NCBI RefSeq assembly: GCF_006345805.1
Contig: NC_043005.1
Coordinates: 102,486,001-102,550,000 of the forward strand
DNA from: Octopus sinensis
Lineage: Eukaryota
Direction of reading: 5' to 3'
Length of the DNA stretch: 64,000 bases
The position numbers and the translations under genes are program-made. The notes beneath the pieces are model-generated. The model worked only from the letters and a program-made list of their open reading frames with translations. It ran no database searches and was not told the origin of the DNA. Shown here piece after piece: positions 12,709 to 24,227 of the stretch. How positions within the stretch are numbered: position 1 is the stretch's first letter; every line of letters begins with the position of its first letter.

Positions 12709-13290
12709 TATATATAAGGTATGTATGCATCCATATATATTTGTATATACTATCTTGATTGTGCGTCAAGCATACGTTTCTATGAAAATGGATCACATGT
12801 GTGTTATACCACCAATATCCGTTTATATCAGCGTAGCTACGCGCGCAGATACTTGCACAAACGCTTCCACTTGCCCAGATATGAAAATATATGTGTGTAC
12901 TACGTATATGTATGTAATTTGAAATCGTCTTCGTACAAACATAGAGGATTGCAAATCTCTAAAAGTACATATTTATTTATTTAGAAGTATATTTTATGCA
13001 TATAATTAGAAAAACATCACCACTATTATGCAAAGTGTAGACACATGCAGAAACCATAGAGATGCGCATGCACACAGTCATAGACACATACACACACGCA
13101 AAAACAGACACACACACATACACACACCTAATGGCACTTATTTACAAGTTCTTCAACGTAAACTAATGCTTGTACATGCGTTGTTTTTATGTTCTTTTTT
13201 TTAATAAATTATATCTTTTACGTACAAATGGTTATAACTATACACAACGTACAACTTTCTATTTCTCGCTCTCTCTCATTCTCCCCCGTT

Positions 13291-13334
<44 letters not shown>

Positions 13335-13916
13335 TATATATAAGGTATGTATGCATCCATATATATTTGTATATACTATCTTGATTGTGCGTCAAGCATA
13401 CGTTTCTATGAAAATGGATCACATGTGTGTTATACCACCAATATCCGTTTATATCAGCGTAGCTACGCGCGCAGATACTTGCACAAACGCTTCCACTTGC
13501 CCAGATATGAAAATATATGTGTGTACTACGTATATGTATGTAATTTGAAATCGTCTTCGTACAAACATAGAGGATTGCAAATCTCTAAAAGTACATATTT
13601 ATTTATTTAGAAGTATATTTTATGCATATAATTAGAAAAACATCACCATTATTATGCAAAGTGTAGACACATGCAGAAACCATAGAGATGCGCATGCACA
13701 CAGTCATAGACACATACACACACGCAAAAACAGACACACACACATACACACACCTAATGGCACTTATTTACAAGTTCTTCAACGTAAACTAATGCTTGTA
13801 CATGCGTTGTTTTTATGTTCTTTTTTTTAATAAATTATATCTTTTACGTACAAATGGTTATAACTATACACAACGTACAACTTTCTATTTCTCGCTCTCT
13901 CTCATTCTCCCCCGTT

Positions 13917-13950
<34 letters not shown>
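12091..13950. repeat. Tandem triplication of a 626-bp unit bounded by (TA)n
   Basis: Units start at 12091, 12717 and 13343; identical ORFs recur at a period of 626. One difference seen: C at 12397/13023 vs T at 13649. Confidence 0.95.
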
Positions 13951-13953
<3 letters not shown>

Positions 13954-13993
13954 AATGTGTATATATATATATGTAATATATATATATACATTT

Positions 13994-14029
<36 letters not shown>

Positions 14030-14717
14030 ATATATATACATACACATACATTTATATATATTATATATTTACACATATATATATATACATATATATGTAA
14101 TATATATATATGTCTTTATACGCACACACACATATAAATACATATCTATGTATATATACATACATATATATGCTTATGTACATATATGTATATATGTGTG
14201 TGTATATATGTGTGTATGTATATATACACATGTATGCTTATATACACACACACACAAATTTTTGATGAAAGTATGCTCGTATTTGTTAACACACATATAA
14301 GTGTGTATCTACATGTGCAAGCATCTCTTTGTGCCATCCGCTTTGTGTTTGTGTGCAAGTGTGTCTGCTTGTGACTGTGTGTATATGTGTTTGTGTGTGT
14401 GAGTATGTGTGTGTGCATGCGTTTGTGTGTTTGTGTGTGTGATAATTGTGAAAATGAAAGCAGAATAATATATCTGACACGTAAGAAATGAAAATATAGC
14501 TATATATTTATTTATACTTACATGCAATTACACTTATATACGCGGCCATATATACATACACACACATATATAAATGTCAATATAAATATATATATATATA
14601 TATATATAGCTATGTATCTATTTACACTTACATGTAGCGTCACATATGTGCACGCTCACATGCATGTGTAAATTCTATACATGTGTGCAGAAAGGTATTC
14701 GAATATGTATGTAAATA

Positions 14718-14751
<34 letters not shown>

Positions 14752-14785
14752 AATAAATACATATATATATATATATACATATATG

Positions 14786-14821
<36 letters not shown>

Positions 14822-14830
14822 AGTGTATGT
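13921..14830. repeat. Low-complexity TA/CA/TG region
   Basis: Direct observation. Confidence 0.9.
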
Positions 14831-14984
14831 GTGTATATATGTAAGTGTGTATGTATGTATTTGTGTCTGTAATTGTTAAAACGTATATCATATAAATCAA
14901 AATATATTAAATAATGAAAAATTGTTAATATCGAAAGACAGCTTTGTGAAACATGTAATAACAGTTCTTTAATTTTTCCAGAGG

Positions 14985-15150
14985 GACGACAGCAGTTTTA
15001 AGGAGTATGTTTCGCTCGATAGCATCGATCCCAGTACATGACTGTTACTTTATTATAATGAACCTGAAACGTTATCTGCGGAATTAGAACATAGAACGTA
15101 AAGCGCCAGAGTAAAATGCTGTTAAGCATTACGCCGACACCGAAACGCTT
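14985..15150 (-). mobile_element. Degenerate SINE family B
   Basis: TCGATCCCAGTA..TACTTTATT..CGGAATT-GAAC..AGAACGTAA is the reverse complement of the family B body. Confidence 0.55.
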
Positions 15151-15249
15151 CATCTAGGATGTTGCAAGTATATAGAAAATACATAGTGAGGAAAATACCG
15201 GATTTCTCTTCGCATAATATGGGCGCAGCTCTTGAGCTGAAGCTTGTAA

Positions 15250-17030
15250 ATTAGAATTAACGAGAGTACGTAGATCTGGTTGTTAAATATTCAAGAAAAC
15301 GAAAGGAAAAATATTGTTCTTTCCAAAAGCTAAGGAATTAGCATGAAACGTACCAGCGAAATCGACGAAGTAATCAAAATTTTACACAACTAATGCAAGC
15401 CAAAGAAACACGCATAACGCGGCTCGAGAAAAGATCAAACTTCTACGAAGCGAACTGTTTCTTACGAACAATTCTATAATATATAGAAAAATTGCCAAAT
15501 CTAAGATAACTATGGCAACCACGTCTATTTAAGAGGAACTACCAATTTTCTTGAAATCATTCTGATTTAATCTCTAAGAAACCTATCAAGTAGCGATCTA
15601 CACAACAGAGATATTATTAAAGTGCAAATATGGAAAGATATTTGTGTTGAAGATCTCAGTACTACTCTGATAATATCTAGCAAAAGGGGATCACCTGTTA
15701 AAAATAGAATTACTAACTTCTAACAGAAGCCACAACCTGAATCCTACCACATATTGAGCTACCTGTACAAAAACATTATAAATTACACCGGTAAAATTTC
15801 GTCATGTCTGGTAAATGAAGTAACTCTCTAAATCCTTAGAAGTGATGAAATAAACCTCTAAACATCGAAGAATATAATTTTTCCAACCCTAGTAACAATA
15901 TTAAAATCCTTCATTAGGATGGTTAACACGGTCCTACCCAACGAAGAAGCAGGCTGTAAACGTGATTTGTATGAATGTAGTAAAGACCAGCTCGTAATCA
16001 ATATAAATAATGTGGATGATACTTTTACTATTTTATTCTTTTACTTGTTTCAGTCAGTTGACTGCGGCCATGCCGGAGCACCATCTTTAGTTGAGCAAAT
16101 CGCCCCCAGTACTTATACTTTGTAAACCTAGTACTTATTCTATAGTTCTCTTTTGCCAAACCGCTAAGTTATGGGAACGTAAACACACCACCATCAGCTG
16201 TCAAGCGATGCTGGGGGGACAAACACAGACACAGAAAGATATACACACATATACATATACATATATATATACATATATACGACGGGCTTCTTTCAGTTTC
16301 CATCTACCAAATCCCCTCACAAGACATTGGTAGGCCCGAGGCTATAGTAGAAGACACTGGCTCAAGGTGCCACGCAGTGGGAATGAACCTGGACCCATGT
16401 GGTTGGTAAGCAAGCTACTTATGACACAGCCACTCATGCACCAATAAATAGATGGAACAAAACGTTTCCATTTCCATTCCTTACATTGGGTTTAAAGAAC
16501 GTGTTTCATAGCCTTCAAGGTAACTAAACCAAGAAATACTTGGAATTTAAAATCTATCCGGTTACTGGTGATTTTATATCGAATAGTATGAAGCTCTGGA
16601 AGACAGCTCTTTTACTGAATTCAGAAATGTACTACGAATGCTTGTTACATTCATATAAAATATAGGTGCAGAATATATGACAGATCAATCAATTACCTTT
16701 ATATAAATGATCTTAAATGTTTTGGTGAAAGGCGATCAACTGACGAAATAGCTTCTTATAGTAAAACTATTTATTGATAATACTGAAATCGAATTTGACT
16801 TTGATGAATGTGCTAACGCCATATTCTTTAAAGGAAAACAATTGAAGATATATAGCAGAGAGAACGATAATTCTACCATGAATAAGGAATCCTCCAAACA
16901 ACAAAGCAGATGCTTGAACTCGTCTGTAGGCATGAAAGCACTAAGTACCAGAAGAAACAGAGAAATGTGTATAAGAATTAAGAGAGTCTGAAATAAAAAC
17001 CAAATGAAACAGAAGCCACTGTGAAAACAA
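15250..17030 (+). pseudogene. Old R4/Dong-clade LINE relic (N-terminal and RT regions), interrupted by a SINE
   Basis: QAKETRITRLEKRSNFYEAN (vs QAKAQRIRRFEKRNKFYKQN), NEEAGCKRDLYECSKDQLVIN (vs IEQKGCRRGSYGCKDQLLIN), EFKIYPVTGDFISNSMKLWKT, LLIVKLFIDNTEIEFDFDECANAIFFKGK. Confidence 0.75.
16022..16442 (-). mobile_element. SINE family A, full-length, nested in the LINE relic
   Basis: Collinear with 3624-4068. Confidence 0.9.
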
Positions 17031-17109
17031 AACAATACAACTCTAGTCTCTCTTTCTCTCTTTCTTTGTATATATATATATATGGTAGCGATCTTCTTCA
17101 TTACTTCAG

Positions 17110-17497
17110 AGAGTGAGGACCCTGCTTGACACGTGTCCCGTGCTCAGCTGGGTCCGGCAGACAGTCCCTGCTATGGGCCTCTGTCCAGGGTTACGGAAAG
17201 GAGACAACCTTCAGAGAAATCCGGATCGGAGCCCCGTAGGTGGTTTAGTGTTCCACTCGACTTCCAGCAGCTCTTGCAACCAAGCTGGTGCCAAACATAA
17301 TGGTCTGCACTCCCTTGGACTACGTCAGCAAGGTCGAGAGAGGAATTCTGACTATTGGACTACCCAAGATTTATCTTACATCTAGCCCAGGCCTGCACAA
17401 AGCTGGAGAGAAAACTGGAGAGGACATGAAATGCAAAATCCAGTCTGTATTAGTTTATGCGCAACTCCATTGTCTCCTGAGACAAAAGAATACCAGC

Positions 17498-17580
<83 letters not shown>

Positions 17581-18110
17581 ACAGATAGAAAAATGGTTAC
17601 CATGAGTAAGCCTTCTGAAGAAAACAGGGAATGAGCCATATCGTGTGCGCGAATCAATATCGGTTCTACAATTCTGAAAGTCATTCGTAGATTCCCCATT
17701 AAAGAATGACGGTCCCCAGAAACTCTATCCTAGATTCAGAGCAAAACAGACACATATTGATAAGTATCTCTGCTATAACAATTGATGCATGCATTGTCTC
17801 TCGACAGAAATCTGGTAGATATGTTCAACAAAACTGGACGGATTCTTCATGCCACTCATTCACATAAAGCAGCGATTCCTCGGGGTTGTCCGTTTTGACG
17901 ATATTTTGTAAGATTTTATAGAATAGCGGAAAGCAGGTGCGATACAGAAACGTTTGTAAACGTGCCATGTAGTTTAATAGGACGGGTTCGGATGTAAGGA
18001 TGGCAAATCATGTTGACAACAAAAGGATATACGCGCAGGTAATACTAGTTGTTACAAGAAACCTGGATGGAATTCGACAGGAGAGTATATGCAGTCATCA
18101 AACTTCCGAG
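17110..18110 (+). mobile_element. Internally deleted RTE-clade LINE relic (putative 5' UTR plus RT C-terminus)
   Basis: GC-richer 17110-17480 resembles RTE 5' UTRs (from recall). Downstream KQRFLGVVRFDD and RYRNVCKRAM match the RTE consensus KQRRLRWLGHV / RYKDVCKRDM. Confidence 0.55.
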
Positions 18111-18193
18111 TCCGAAATCAGTGGCATTCATTGTCTATATACACGGAACCATTGTTCATCTATACATATATAATAAAATTAACATTTTACTTG

Positions 18194-18228
<35 letters not shown>

Positions 18229-18399
18229 ACTCACTCTCTCTCTCTCTCTCACATACACACATATATGTATGTATACATATTAACATTATTGTATATGTGT
18301 ATAAATGGGGATATGAATATTTATATGCATATTTATATTTATATATATGTATATATATATGTATATATATGCATGTGTGTATGTATTTATATGTGCTTA

Positions 18400-18459
<60 letters not shown>

Positions 18460-18993
18460 CACACACATATGTGTATACATATAATGTATGAATACATATG
18501 TACATACACACGTCCTTGCCTACAGAGAACCACACTTAGATACATACTTATAAATATGCAATTAAGGACAAATGTATGCTTATACGTAGAAAGAAACTAT
18601 TGATAATAGGAATTTAATGAATCCAATATAATAAAATGGAAATGAAACGTTTGCTATTTTGAAGATTCTCCAAGTAAACCGAAAACAAGGAACGGCATCA
18701 GTTCCTGCAATTCGCATCTATATTTAAGTCGATTGAAATTTTATGTATCTTACGGCATTTCTGGAAGCAGGTAATTTTCTTACATTCATCGAAAAGTCAG
18801 AAATAAATGATGTTTATGATAATGAATACCTAATTTTGGCGACGTTATAATGTTTGGTGTGCGTCCTTTTTTTTTCTTCTTTCTCGGAGTATCTACAATT
18901 TGAGTGTATTTCTTTTGCAATGACAGAACCAACGTTTGCCTATTTAAATAGGCTCGTTAGGTTTATGCTTGTATATATAGTATGCTATACATG

Positions 18994-19062
<69 letters not shown>

Positions 19063-19506
19063 TATATACATAAATACATACATATATATATACATATATA
19101 TATATATACATACGCACATATGTGTGTTTGTGTATATATGTATGTATATGTGTGTGTATAAACAAACACAAATGCAATCGTTATGCCAATATAATTTACA
19201 ATAGAAACATAAATATATCGACAATGAAAATGTATTTATTCATCTAATGCAGAACGAAATACAACCGCCTGGACTCCCGTACGTGAACTTGCATTGATTC
19301 GCATACACAGAAACAAACAGACACAAGCACACATACATACTCATGCACATAGACGTACATTATATACATACACAAAGGTATATGTATGTGTATATGTGCA
19401 TGTATGTGTGTGTGCAAAAACATTAATACATAAATGCATATAGCTGTGTTTGTATGGATTCATTTGTTTGTTAATATGTGATTCTAATTAATATTTGTGA
19501 TCCATG

Positions 19507-20105
19507 TAGAGGTATAATCTATCATACTGTTATTAATTTTTCTAGACCTTTCTGTCTCTGTTGAATATCTCAACTTCACTATCTCAGCTTACCAAAACAC
19601 GCCAAAACGTGATTCACTACTACGAATGATTCTCTCGCCACCGCCTTTTACAGTCGTTACCGTGACATGGGCAAAACGTTTCTGTACATCGTCTGCTTGT
19701 TTATTTCATGCAGGCAGCCTACTGTGTTCTTCACATATTCTCAGTCCTTCTAGGGTCATTCTCCTGCTTTTGAAGTGCTCGTGCCACTCAAAATATTGCG
19801 TACGACCCATTGCCTCGTCGCCGTAAGCTTTCCAAAGCAAGTTCAATGTCTCTGTAGCAGACTTTCGAAGTGCAACGCAAGATTACTCGTTTTCTCTTTG
19901 TTCCTGCTCATGATAAAATTTCAGATTACAGCATACGCAAATCCACAAAAATACAAATTTCACAAATTGCGAACCAAACTCAGAGATCTCACTCGGCACA
20001 CTGCTTCATGAATATCACTGCTAACTGTCATTGTGCAGGCAACTGTGCGCTGTCATCTGTTGGGGCGCTACACGACTAATCCAGCAATCTTTTGATACCA
20101 CTTCG
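19507..20105 (-). mobile_element. Internally deleted mariner remnant (second mariner family)
   Basis: Minus strand TA-CGAAGTGGTATCAAAAG 5' TIR at 20088-20107. HTH region EQRENE*SCVALRKSATETLNLLWKAYGDEAMGRTQYFEWHEHFKSRR. Left TIR poorly preserved. Confidence 0.65.
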
Positions 20106-21177
20106 TATATATATAAAGAAAGAGAGGACACGTTTTCCTTTTACTCATGCTTCGTTAAACATACAGCTATGTTCGAGTATATTCCTTTTTATAATAGACA
20201 TTTCTATATTCTCTTACCGGTTTCTTTCGCGGTGTTTTTGGAAGAACAAAACTGCTCCATTGACATTGATTGTTTACAGGCTTAATTACTTCATTTCCAA
20301 GAATTTAAGTGATTTCGCGTCCAGGTTGCTGCTCATAAACTACTCAAATATTTGTAGAATTTTCGCCAGAAATGTTTTTGACCTTTAGATTTCTGTATTA
20401 GCAATCAAGTGTGAATTTGTTTGTCGTTGTCCAATTTTGATTGTTAATTTATGTCTGTATTTTGCTTACCTCTTTTATTGCACACACGCAACACTCTCTC
20501 TCTCTCTCTCACACACACACAAACACACACACACACACACATATATATGTATATGTATGCATGTATATCTATCTCTATAAATATATACATATATGCATAT
20601 ATCATGATATATGATTTTGATATTATTTTCGACATTTTGAATATATTATATACATTTTTCGTTATTATAGGATATATAACTTCCATTTATACTCGCCAAT
20701 ACATTGATCAATTAATATAGGACGTGCTATGTTTGATTTCTGTGCATTTGATGTCAAATTGATTAATACAGAATTCCTGAAAGTGTCATACACAACTGGA
20801 TATGTTTGTGATATTCCCAAATGTGTGTCCATGATTCACAAAACCGCTTTTAAAAGTGTTTTTGCTTATTCAAAGTTGACATTTTGTTACTTAAATTCTA
20901 CCTTCGTGCACTTTCGCACATCAGGCTAGATAATCATTCTCTTCGACAATCTTCCCTTAATGCAGTAGATAATGCATCCTACAAAATGTATATTGTTGGA
21001 CATCAATTCTACTGCTTTAAAAGTGAACGTTAGCAACTGTTAAGTGTTAATGTATGGAAATCAAGGATCTTAAGGCTTAGGTACATTAAACATCAAAGCT
21101 GGATTTATGTGTATATCTATCTTTTTAAATATATACATTTATACATATATACACGCACGCAACATATATATATATAT

Positions 21178-21216
21178 ATGTCCGAGGAACGGGAACGTGA
21201 AACTCTGAGTAATAGT
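21178..21216 (+). ncRNA. Hammerhead-like variant (core CCGAGGA)
   Basis: CCGAGGA 21182-88; stem II ACG/CGT with a GGAA tetraloop; GAAA 21199-202; stem III ACTC/GAGT; GTA triplet ending at 21211. Stem I is weak, with its 5' side abutting (TA)n. Confidence 0.45.
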
Positions 21217-21365
21217 TCTTGTGATATTTCTGCTGCTTTTAAATAGACCATATTATTCTACCTCTGGTATTGGAGTACTGTTTTCTTCCACCGTGTTTCA
21301 CATTTATGTGCTTACTCCGGTATATATATATAAAATATAAATTAAAAACAGAACACAAAGGATAT

Positions 21366-21458
21366 CGCGGGACCTGTGTTTCAAGCTCTATAAATTATCC
21401 GTTATTACATCAGTGTATTATTGATATAATAGATGGTTTAAAGCTCTCTTCAGCCGCA
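21366..21458 (-). ncRNA. Type I hammerhead ribozyme with long stem II insert (copy 1)
   Basis: Minus strand: TGCGG-CTGAAGA-GAGCTTTA..long loop..TAGAGCTT-GAAA-CACAG-GTC-CCGCG. Stem I 5 bp, stem II 8 bp. Confidence 0.7.
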
Positions 21459-22421
21459 AACATTGTTAGTCCAATATATATATATATATATAAGGTGTGA
21501 TAAAAAGCCTATACTTTATCTCAAAATAATAATTAAAAAAAAGCGATATACCTTCCGTTACTCTGGTATCACACACTCTGATGTGATAGTCCACGATATG
21601 TCCGTTTGAATATATAACACCTACATTGTATGCATTGTCTAAATATCAGATATATGTCACGTTTGTAGCATATTGTTTTATTTTCTAACAACAACAATTA
21701 ATCGATTTCTTGTGGCTTATAGGCCTTTGTTATTCTATCAAGATAATATATAAAACATATATAGAACGTGAAAGCGTACATGAAATATTTATTAAAAATC
21801 ATACAAGAATATGGAAGTTTCAGACTTTCTAAAAATTGATTGAATAGAAAGAAACATATTTAAATCAATCTGAAAATGTATTTTCCGTATATAGTAGACA
21901 ATAAGTGCCTGCAGTGAATCACAATAGCGTGACTAAATACGTGACTAGACGCTAATTACTGCTAACATATTGAAGTTACACAACATTACCACGATGGCTT
22001 GAAATAAATACGTGGCGAGAGGGGAAAACAACGGTTGTTGTCTCTAACAAATATTTCTATCTTTTCCTGTCAAGAACGAGACACAACTGCGAGTGTTATG
22101 TTATAATTTTGTTATCAGCAGCAAAACATAACATTTAATATACTTCCTCTATTTCTAGCGAATATTATTTCCAGTAAGGGACAAAAACAAATGCTTCGGC
22201 TTATAATTAAAACTATCAGCAAACGGTAACCTTTTGCATCGTTCCCCAGGTAGTATTTGAAAGAATCAATTAGTCTATTCGTCTATGGTGGAGGAAATTG
22301 AAACTGAGAAAGTAAGGTGTCTCCGTGTGAGAAAACTCGAAATTAGCTTTAACGCATTTGCTGCATCTATCTTTAACTGGAAATATATAAAATAAAATCA
22401 AAAACAGAACACAAAGTCCGT

Positions 22422-22513
22422 CGCGGTGACGTGTTTCAAGCTTTATAAACGACCTGTTCTTACATCAGAGTATAATTGATATAAAACATGGTTTAAAGCT
22501 CTCTTCAGCCGCA
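22422..22513 (-). ncRNA. Type I hammerhead ribozyme with long stem II insert (copy 2)
   Basis: Minus strand: TGCGG-CTGAAGA-GAGCTTTA..TAAAGCTT-GAAA-CAC-GTC-A-CCGCG. Homologous to 21366-21458, including flanks. Confidence 0.65.
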
Positions 22514-22570
22514 TGCATTGTTATTCCAAAGAGTTACATCACACTATGAAAAGTCTATTATTTATATCTA

Positions 22571-22656
22571 TTATACACTGATGTAAGAACAGGTCGATTA
22601 TAAAGCTTGAAACACGTGTACCTTGACATCCTTTCTGTTCTGTTTTTGATTTTATT
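22571..22656 (+). repeat. Inverted partial copy of the same hammerhead element (GAAACACGTGTA half)
   Basis: Reverse complement of about 22390-22476. Contains TAAAGCTTGAAACACGTGTA but not the CTGAAGA core. Confidence 0.8.
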
Positions 22657-23516
22657 TGATATATACCCTCTCACCTCTGCCACTAGCTGGCGTATACAGG
22701 TGCTTACACTTATCAAGTATTCGCCCTAAATTTGCAGTACCTACTTTAACTGGAAATATATATACATACTTACATACGTACACACACATACATACACAAA
22801 CGCACACACGCACACATGTATATACATATGTGTGTTTGTGTTTGTGTGTGTTGATGCTTAACTGTAAACAAATTAGATGAAGCAGGCACTCAAACTGGCG
22901 GAGAGACAAGTGTGGTGTCGCAAACATTTTGAATGATTATTGACTACTGAAGATTTAACTAGAAACGTTCTGATGATTAAGAAGTTTAGCTAAAAATATG
23001 TACGGATTAATGAATGTTCAACAAGAAATACAGCGTAAATGGAGAAAGAAATGTAAATTATTAATCAATAACGAAGATAGTTTTCGGCAGGCGTGGGAAA
23101 CAATTTCACTGTAAATAGAAGACTTTAGATTAATATAAATCCTTCTAATGTAACCAGATATAGCTGATAAACATGTTATTAGTCATCATGACGAATGATA
23201 TATTGTGAATGATAAAGAATAAGTTTGTACATTCAAATTTCAATCTAACTTTAGGAGAGCATATTTACTTTCAGGGGCTTAGTGCTATATATATATAAAG
23301 GAAACACTCCCAGCCAATGGATATGATACAAGTTTTATTCCTTACATATTAACATTTGTCAAGAAAACATAACTAGGAATATTGTAATGGAAAGAAAGGG
23401 GAGATTGCAATAAATTGAAAACAATTCATCATATTCGGGTTCTACCATACTTAAACACACACACTCACACACAACCCACAGAGTCACACACAAATAATCA
23501 TCTCTCTCTGTCAATT

Positions 23517-23591
<75 letters not shown>

Positions 23592-23689
23592 ATATATATA
23601 TATATATATTTATACGAACGTATAGATGTAAGTATGTACATGTACATATATATGCATAAATGCATATATATATATTATCTATCTATTTA

Positions 23690-23742
<53 letters not shown>

Positions 23743-23800
23743 CTATCTATCTATCATCTATCTATCTCTCTCTCTATATATATATATCTATATATATATA

Positions 23801-23851
<51 letters not shown>

Positions 23852-23961
23852 GATAAGGTCGATATTTAAATACCCATCTTAGCAGGTGGCCAACATGGGA
23901 ATAAATACCTTTCAAAAGTAATAATTATTTAAAATTATAATTTAGGGTGTCTAAGAGATAC

Positions 23962-24011
23962 CTCGGATAGCACATAAATATATATATATTTGTATTTATG
24001 TGCTATCTGAG
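23962..24011. repeat. Hairpin with a perfect 15-bp stem (extendable to about 19 bp)
   Basis: GATAGCACATAAATA (23966-80) / TATTTATGTGCTATC (23993-24007). Confidence 0.85.
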
Positions 24012-24014
24012 TAT

Positions 24015-24073
24015 ATTCCACTGATGAAGGCAAAGCATTTCTTATGCAGAGCCAGAAATCCGGGATCTGGAAT
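24015..24073 (+). ncRNA. Type I hammerhead ribozyme motif
   Basis: ATTCCA-CTGATGA-A-GGC..GCAT/ATGC..GCC-A-GAAA-TCCGGG-ATC-TGGAAT. 6-bp stem I; AUC triplet ending at 24067. Confidence 0.65.
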
Positions 24074-24227
24074 TATTCAGTTATTTTATTTTGCTAGTTT
24101 ATTTTGTCTCTTTGTCTTCTCTCCTGGTACTGTATGAACATTTAATGTGGTTTTAGAGTCAAGTTTTGACTGCTATTTCCAGCGTGGAAGTATCTCTTAG
24201 CTATCCTAAATTATGATTTTACATATA

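Noticed and set aside
12091-13950. Regularly spaced repeats as a CRISPR-like array or multi-copy gene
   Set aside because: The whole 626-bp unit repeats with no unique spacers, and the 87-119 aa ORFs have no domain features.
14920-14966. GAAACATGTA with an 8-bp flanking stem, hammerhead-like
   Set aside because: Needs about three indels to recover CUGANGA and stem II; too degenerate to call.
17117-17200. HDV-like ribozyme in the RTE leader
   Set aside because: P1-like and P4-like stems exist, but P2, P3 and L3 could not be placed in canonical register. Kept only as a structured-leader finding.
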